DNA of 64,000 nt, taken from assembly GCA_963748205.1 (NCBI GenBank), contig CAVVIB010000014.1, positions 24,262-88,261 of the forward strand, read 5' to 3'. The notes below the pieces were generated by a model. That model had not been told where the DNA came from and searched no databases. It was given only the letters and a program-made list of their open reading frames with translations. The stretch comes from an uncultured Actinomycetes bacterium (GTDB lineage: Bacteria > Actinomycetota > Thermoleophilia > Gaiellales > Gaiellaceae). Numbering within the stretch: the first letter of the stretch is position 1; the number at the start of each line of letters is the position of its first letter. The position numbers and the translations under genes were made by a program. This document shows, one piece after another, positions 60,038-64,000 of this stretch.

Positions 60038-60059
60038 TATGGGTGAGCGTTCACTCACT
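60021..60059. promoter_or_regulatory. 39 bp palindrome, probable TetR operator
   Basis: AGTGAGTGCTCGCTCA-TTATGGG-TGAGCGTTCACTCACT. The 16 bp arms match at 14/16. Located at the 5' end of the TetR gene, in the divergent region with the acyl-CoA synthetase gene. Confidence 0.5.
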
Positions 60060-60109
60060 GTCAAGCGAGAGCCGTCCGCCCTGGGCTGCTCCGTAGACTG
60101 GGCGGCGCT

Positions 60110-62002
60110 GTGGCTGAGGTCGTGTGGAGACCGGACGAGGAGGCGCTCGAGCGCGCCAACATCGTCCGCTTGATGCGCAGGCACGGGATCGAGGACTACT
60201 GGGAGCTCGTGCGGCGCTCGCAGGAGGAGCCGGAGTGGTTCTGGCCGGCGATGATCGAGGACACGGGGCTCGAGTTCTCGACGCCGTGGGAGCGCGTCTA
60301 CGACGATTCGCGCGGCCCGGAGTGGACGACGTGGTTCACGGGCAGCACGGTCTCGATCGCGCGCAACTGCGTCCACCGCTGGGCCGAGCGGACTCCCGAC
60401 CGGGTCGGCGCCGTTTTCGCAGGCGAGGACGGATCGCGCCGCGAGCTGACCTTCGCCGACCTCTCGCGCGACGTGACGCGCCTGGCCGAGGGGCTCGTGC
60501 GCCTCGGCGTCGAGCCCGGCGACCGCGTCGCCATCTACCTGCCCATGTCGCCGGAGGTCGCTGTCGCCTCGCACGCGTGCGCGCACATCGGCGCGATCCA
60601 GATGCCGCTCTTCTCCGGCTTCGCCGCGCCCGCCGTGGCCCAGCGGCTCCAGGACTCCGAGGCCAAGGTCGTCATCACGGCCGACTACTCGCTGCGGCGC
60701 GGCACCCGGCTTCCGATGCGCGAGACCGTCGAGGAGGCCGTGCGGCAGGCGCCGTCCGTCGAGCACGTCGTCACCTGGGAGCGCGACTCGGGCTGGGGCG
60801 CGATCGTGGACGACAGCCCCGGCGAGCTGCCGGCGCTCGAGGTGGACGCCGAGCACCCGTACCTCCTCACGTACACGTCGGGCACGACCGGCAAGCCGAA
60901 GGGGATCGTCCACGTCCAGGGCGGCTTCCTCGTCTCGATCACGCGCGAGGTCGCCTACCAGGCGGACGCGGGCCCGGACGACGTCCTCCACTTCGCCACG
61001 GACATGGGCTGGATCATGGGTCCGTGGACCGTGGTGGGCGCAGGCGCGCTCGGGTGTCCGATCGTCTTCGCCGAGGGCGCGCCCGACAGGCCCACCGACC
61101 GGCTGTGGAGCCTCGTCGAGTCCGAGCGCGTCTCGATCCTCGGCCTCTCGCCCACTCTCGTGCGCGCGCTGATCCCGCACGGCGAGCCGACGGCCGACCT
61201 CTCGTCGCTCCGGGTGATGGTCACGACGGGCGAGCCCTGGAACCCGGATCCGTACCGCTGGCTCTTCGAGCGGGTCGGCGGCGGGCGCTGCCCGATCATC
61301 AACTGCTCGGGCGGGACGGAGATCGGCGCCTGCTTCCTCTCTCCGACGCCCGCGATCCCCATCAAGGAGTGCTCGCTGGGCGGGCCTGCGACGGGCATGG
61401 CGATGGACGTCGTCGACGCCGAGGGCCGCTCGCTCGTCGAGACCGGCGAGGTGGGCGAGCTCGTGTGCAGGCGGCCGTTCCCGGGGATGACGCGCGGCTT
61501 CTGGCGCGACCCCGAGCGCTACCTGGACACCTACTGGCGCCGGTTACCCGGCGTCTGGATGCACGGGGACTGGGCGTCCGTGGACGAGGACGGCTACTGG
61601 TTCCTGCACGGCCGCTCCGACGACACGCTCAACATCGCCGGCAAGCGCATCGGGCCGGCCGAGCTCGAGTCGGCCGCAGTGGCGCATCCCGCGGTCGCCG
61701 AGGCCGCCGCCGTCGGCGTCCCGCACGAGGTGAAGGGCGAGGTCGCCTGGATCTTCTGCGTCGCCTCCCCGGGGGCCGAGCCCTCGGAGGAGCTCGCCGC
61801 CGAGGTGGCCGAGCGGGCCGCGGCCGAGCTCGGCAAGGCCTTCCGGCCGGATCGCGTGGTGTTCGTCCCCGCGCTCCCGAAGACGCGCAGCGCGAAGATC
61901 GTGCGGCGCGCCGTCCGCGCCGGCGCCCTCGGCCAGGATCCGGGCGACCTCTCCTCCGTCGAGAACCCCGAAGCGCTGGAGGCCATTGCTCGCGCCGTCT
62001 GA
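60110..62002 (+). CDS. AMP-forming acyl-CoA synthetase (acetyl-CoA synthetase-like)
   Basis: 630 aa. ACS-type N-terminus and AMP-binding motif LTYTSGTTGKPKG, then WMHGDWASVDEDGYWFLHGRSDDTLNIAGKRIG. Confidence 0.85.
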   Translation: MAEVVWRPDEEALERANIVRLMRRHGIEDYWELVRRSQEEPEWFWPAMIEDTGLEFSTPWERVYDDSRGPEWTTWFTGSTVSIARNCVHRWAERTPDRVGAVFAGEDGSRRELTFADLSRDVTRLAEGLVRLGVEPGDRVAIYLPMSPEVAVASHACAHIGAIQMPLFSGFAAPAVAQRLQDSEAKVVITADYSLRRGTRLPMRETVEEAVRQAPSVEHVVTWERDSGWGAIVDDSPGELPALEVDAEHPYLLTYTSGTTGKPKGIVHVQGGFLVSITREVAYQADAGPDDVLHFATDMGWIMGPWTVVGAGALGCPIVFAEGAPDRPTDRLWSLVESERVSILGLSPTLVRALIPHGEPTADLSSLRVMVTTGEPWNPDPYRWLFERVGGGRCPIINCSGGTEIGACFLSPTPAIPIKECSLGGPATGMAMDVVDAEGRSLVETGEVGELVCRRPFPGMTRGFWRDPERYLDTYWRRLPGVWMHGDWASVDEDGYWFLHGRSDDTLNIAGKRIGPAELESAAVAHPAVAEAAAVGVPHEVKGEVAWIFCVASPGAEPSEELAAEVAERAAAELGKAFRPDRVVFVPALPKTRSAKIVRRAVRAGALGQDPGDLSSVENPEALEAIARAV

Positions 62003-63023
62003 GTACGAGGGAACGCCGACCCGCGGCTACCTGGACAGCGCGACGTACGGCCTCCCGCCGCGGTCGACGCTCACCGCGCTGGCCGAGGCGAGCGAGGGCT
62101 GGCGCACGCGCAAGCGCTGGCGCGACTGGGAGGAGGATGGCGAGGCCTGCCGCGCCCTATTCGCCGAGCTAGTCGGCGCCCGCGCGGAGGACATCGCCTT
62201 GACCCCGGCGGTCTCCATCGGCATCGGGCTCGTCGCCGCGAGCATCCCGGTCGAGGCCGGCTCGAACGTCGTCCTCTACGAGCGCGACTTCACGTCGGCG
62301 CTCCTCCCCTGGAAGGCGCTGGAGCCGCGCGGCGTCGAGCTGCGCCCTGTTCCGCTCGAGGGCCTTGTCGACGCCGTCGACGAGCGCACCGCCGTCGTCT
62401 GCGTCAGCCTCGTCCAGTCCGCGGAGGGGCGCGTGGCCGACCTGGACGCGCTGCGGGCGACCGGCGTCCGCATCTGCCTGGATGCGACCCAGGCGGTGGC
62501 CACGTACCCGATCGATCTCCGCGGCGTCGACTACCTCGTCGCGCACGGCTACAAGTGGATGCTGTGCCCGCGCGGGGTGGGGTTCCTCTACGTCAGCCCC
62601 GAGCGACGCGAGGAGCTGGGGCCCTGGACCTCCGGCTGGAAAGCGCGCGTCGACCCGTACGAGGACTACTACGGCTTTCCGGAGCCGGCCGGCGAAGCGC
62701 GGCGGCTCGACATCTCGGTGCCGTGGCTGTCGGCGGCCGGCGCGCGGAAGAGCCTCGAGCTCCTCGTCTCGCTGGGCAACGAGCGGATCGCCGAGCACAA
62801 CCTTGCCCTCGCCCGCTCGCTGACCGAGAAGCTCGGCCTGCCCGAGCCGGAGTCGCCGATCGTGCGCTTCCGCGTCGCCGACGCCGAGGCAGCCGCCGCC
62901 AACCTGCAGGAGGCGGGCATCGCCTGCGCCGTCCGGGCGGGATCGGTCCGCCTCTCGTTCCATCTCTACAACGACGAGGAAGACGTCGAGCTCGCGGCCT
63001 CCGCCGTCGGCGCGGTCGAGTAG
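61986..63023 (+). CDS. class V (fold type I) PLP-dependent aminotransferase / desulfurase-like protein
   Basis: 345 aa, TTG start. YLDSATYGLPP, DATQAV, and a PLP-lysine context AHGYKWM. Confidence 0.8.
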   Translation: MLAPSEYEGTPTRGYLDSATYGLPPRSTLTALAEASEGWRTRKRWRDWEEDGEACRALFAELVGARAEDIALTPAVSIGIGLVAASIPVEAGSNVVLYERDFTSALLPWKALEPRGVELRPVPLEGLVDAVDERTAVVCVSLVQSAEGRVADLDALRATGVRICLDATQAVATYPIDLRGVDYLVAHGYKWMLCPRGVGFLYVSPERREELGPWTSGWKARVDPYEDYYGFPEPAGEARRLDISVPWLSAAGARKSLELLVSLGNERIAEHNLALARSLTEKLGLPEPESPIVRFRVADAEAAAANLQEAGIACAVRAGSVRLSFHLYNDEEDVELAASAVGAVE

Positions 63024-63032
63024 GGTGCCCGC

Positions 63033-63419
63033 GTGATCCGCCTGCTCGTGCGCGTCGCGGTGGCGGTCGCCGCAAACGCCGTCGGCCTGCTCGTGGCCGC
63101 CGCGCTCCTCGACGGCGTTCACCTCAACGGTGCAGCCTTCTTCGTGGCGGTCGTCATCTTCACGGTGGCTTTCGCGCTGCTCCACCCGTTTCTGTTCATC
63201 CAGCTCCGCCGGCTCCGACTGGTTGCGTTCGTCGCAGCGGCGCTGCTCGCGACGCTTATCGCGCTGATCGTCACTGATCTCGTCTCCGACGGCCTCACGA
63301 TCAACGGCGCCGGAACCTGGATTGCCGCGACGGTGATCGTCTGGCTTGCCGCCCTCCTGGCGGCGTTCATCCTGCCGTTCCTCGGCCTCCGGAAGTTCAT
63401 GGAGGAGCGGCGGGACTAA
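63033..63419 (+). CDS. DUF360 / phage-holin-4-like small membrane protein
   Basis: 128 aa with four hydrophobic helices. AANAVGLLVAAALLDGVHL... is typical of this family. Confidence 0.7.
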   Translation: MIRLLVRVAVAVAANAVGLLVAAALLDGVHLNGAAFFVAVVIFTVAFALLHPFLFIQLRRLRLVAFVAAALLATLIALIVTDLVSDGLTINGAGTWIAATVIVWLAALLAAFILPFLGLRKFMEERRD

Positions 63420-63461
63420 GCGGTTTTCGCCCGCGAGGCGTAAACAGCTAGAATTCAGGGC

Positions 63462-64000
63462 ATGCGCCTCGCGCTCGCCCAGATCGACACCGTCGTCGGC
63501 GACCTCGACGGCAACCGCGACCGGATCCTCGGCCGCCTCGACGAGGCGCGCGAGGCCGGCGCCGACCTCGTCCTCTTCCCCGAGCTCGCCGTGACCGGCT
63601 ACCCGCCCGAGGACCTGCTCCTGCGGCCCAGCTTCCTCCGCGCCGCCCGGCGCACCCTGGACGAGATCGCGGCCGCGTCCACGGGCATCTCGGCGCTCGT
63701 CGGCTTCCCGCACCTCGACCGCGACCTCTTCAACGCGTGCGCCGTGATCGTCGACGGCAAGGTCGAGGCGGTGTACGAGAAGCACTTCCTCCCCAACTAC
63801 GGCGTCTTCGACGAGGACCGCTACTTCCAGCCGGGCCGCGACCTCGTGCTCCTGCGCTGCGGCGAGGCGCTCGTAGGCCCCACCGTCTGCGAGGACATCT
63901 GGCAGCCGGGGCCGCCCGCGACCGACCTTGCGCTCGCGGGTGCACACGTGATCGCGAACATCTCCGCCTCGCCGTTCCACGTCGGCAAGGGCATCGAGCG
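63462..64000 (+). CDS. nadE: glutamine-dependent NAD+ synthetase, N-terminal CN-hydrolase domain (3' end outside window)
   Basis: MRLALAQIDTVVGDLDGNRDRI..., FPELAVTGYPPEDLL, YEKHFLPNYGVFDEDRYF, TVCEDIW (Glu-Lys-Cys triad). The ORF runs off the window. Confidence 0.85.
   Translation, partial: MRLALAQIDTVVGDLDGNRDRILGRLDEAREAGADLVLFPELAVTGYPPEDLLLRPSFLRAARRTLDEIAAASTGISALVGFPHLDRDLFNACAVIVDGKVEAVYEKHFLPNYGVFDEDRYFQPGRDLVLLRCGEALVGPTVCEDIWQPGPPATDLALAGAHVIANISASPFHVGKGIE

Overview
This is a 64 kb, roughly 70% GC, gene-dense chromosomal segment. It looks Actinomycetota-like (Thermoleophilia or Rubrobacteria style), but that is inferred only from composition, leaderless-type promoters and gene content. 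I recognised no rRNA, tRNA, CRISPR array, transposase or prophage genes.

Recognisable content, in order:
- a broken ABC-2 permease
- two OmpR/histidine-kinase pairs
- typA
- an operon of small secreted Asp/Ser/Gly-rich Cys-motif proteins plus a two-domain cupredoxin lipoprotein
- the giant NAD-glutamate dehydrogenase
- a bacterial type IB topoisomerase
- two tandem modular RTX-like calcium-binding secreted proteins
- a complete Flp/Tad pilus operon: flp, tadE-like, cpaB, cpaE, tadA, a vWA-tadB fusion, tadC and a coiled-coil protein
- an M15 peptidase, DUF192, a DAG-kinase-like protein, a VOC protein and an M20 amidohydrolase
- a redoxin / LVIVD propeller / multicopper oxidase / ZIP transporter cluster
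- a stand-alone MshEN (c-di-GMP-binding type) protein
- an SF2 helicase, DipZ, PAC2, ctaA, selD, a DDAH-like protein and a proline-racemase-family protein
- mscL with a zinc-ribbon tail, and a rhodanese
- TetR plus MFS, an acyl-CoA synthetase, a class V aminotransferase, DUF360 and the 5' part of nadE

The most interesting signal is two paralogous HTH(XRE)-TPR regulators at 44005..45309(+) and 56243..57589(-). Each sits next to an unannotated 25-28 codon hydrophobic ORF that has its own Shine-Dalgarno site. This is the layout of RRNPP / Rgg-SHP peptide quorum-sensing cassettes, which to my knowledge are described essentially only in Firmicutes and their phages. A recurrent AT-rich 13-14 nt element occurs at three sites, all inside these two loci.

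Data-quality caveat: at least nine reading-frame breaks in six otherwise well-conserved genes, most next to short homopolymer runs, suggest indel sequencing errors rather than true pseudogenes.

Coordinates of small features were cross-checked against the frames of the supplied ORF track. No database searches were possible.
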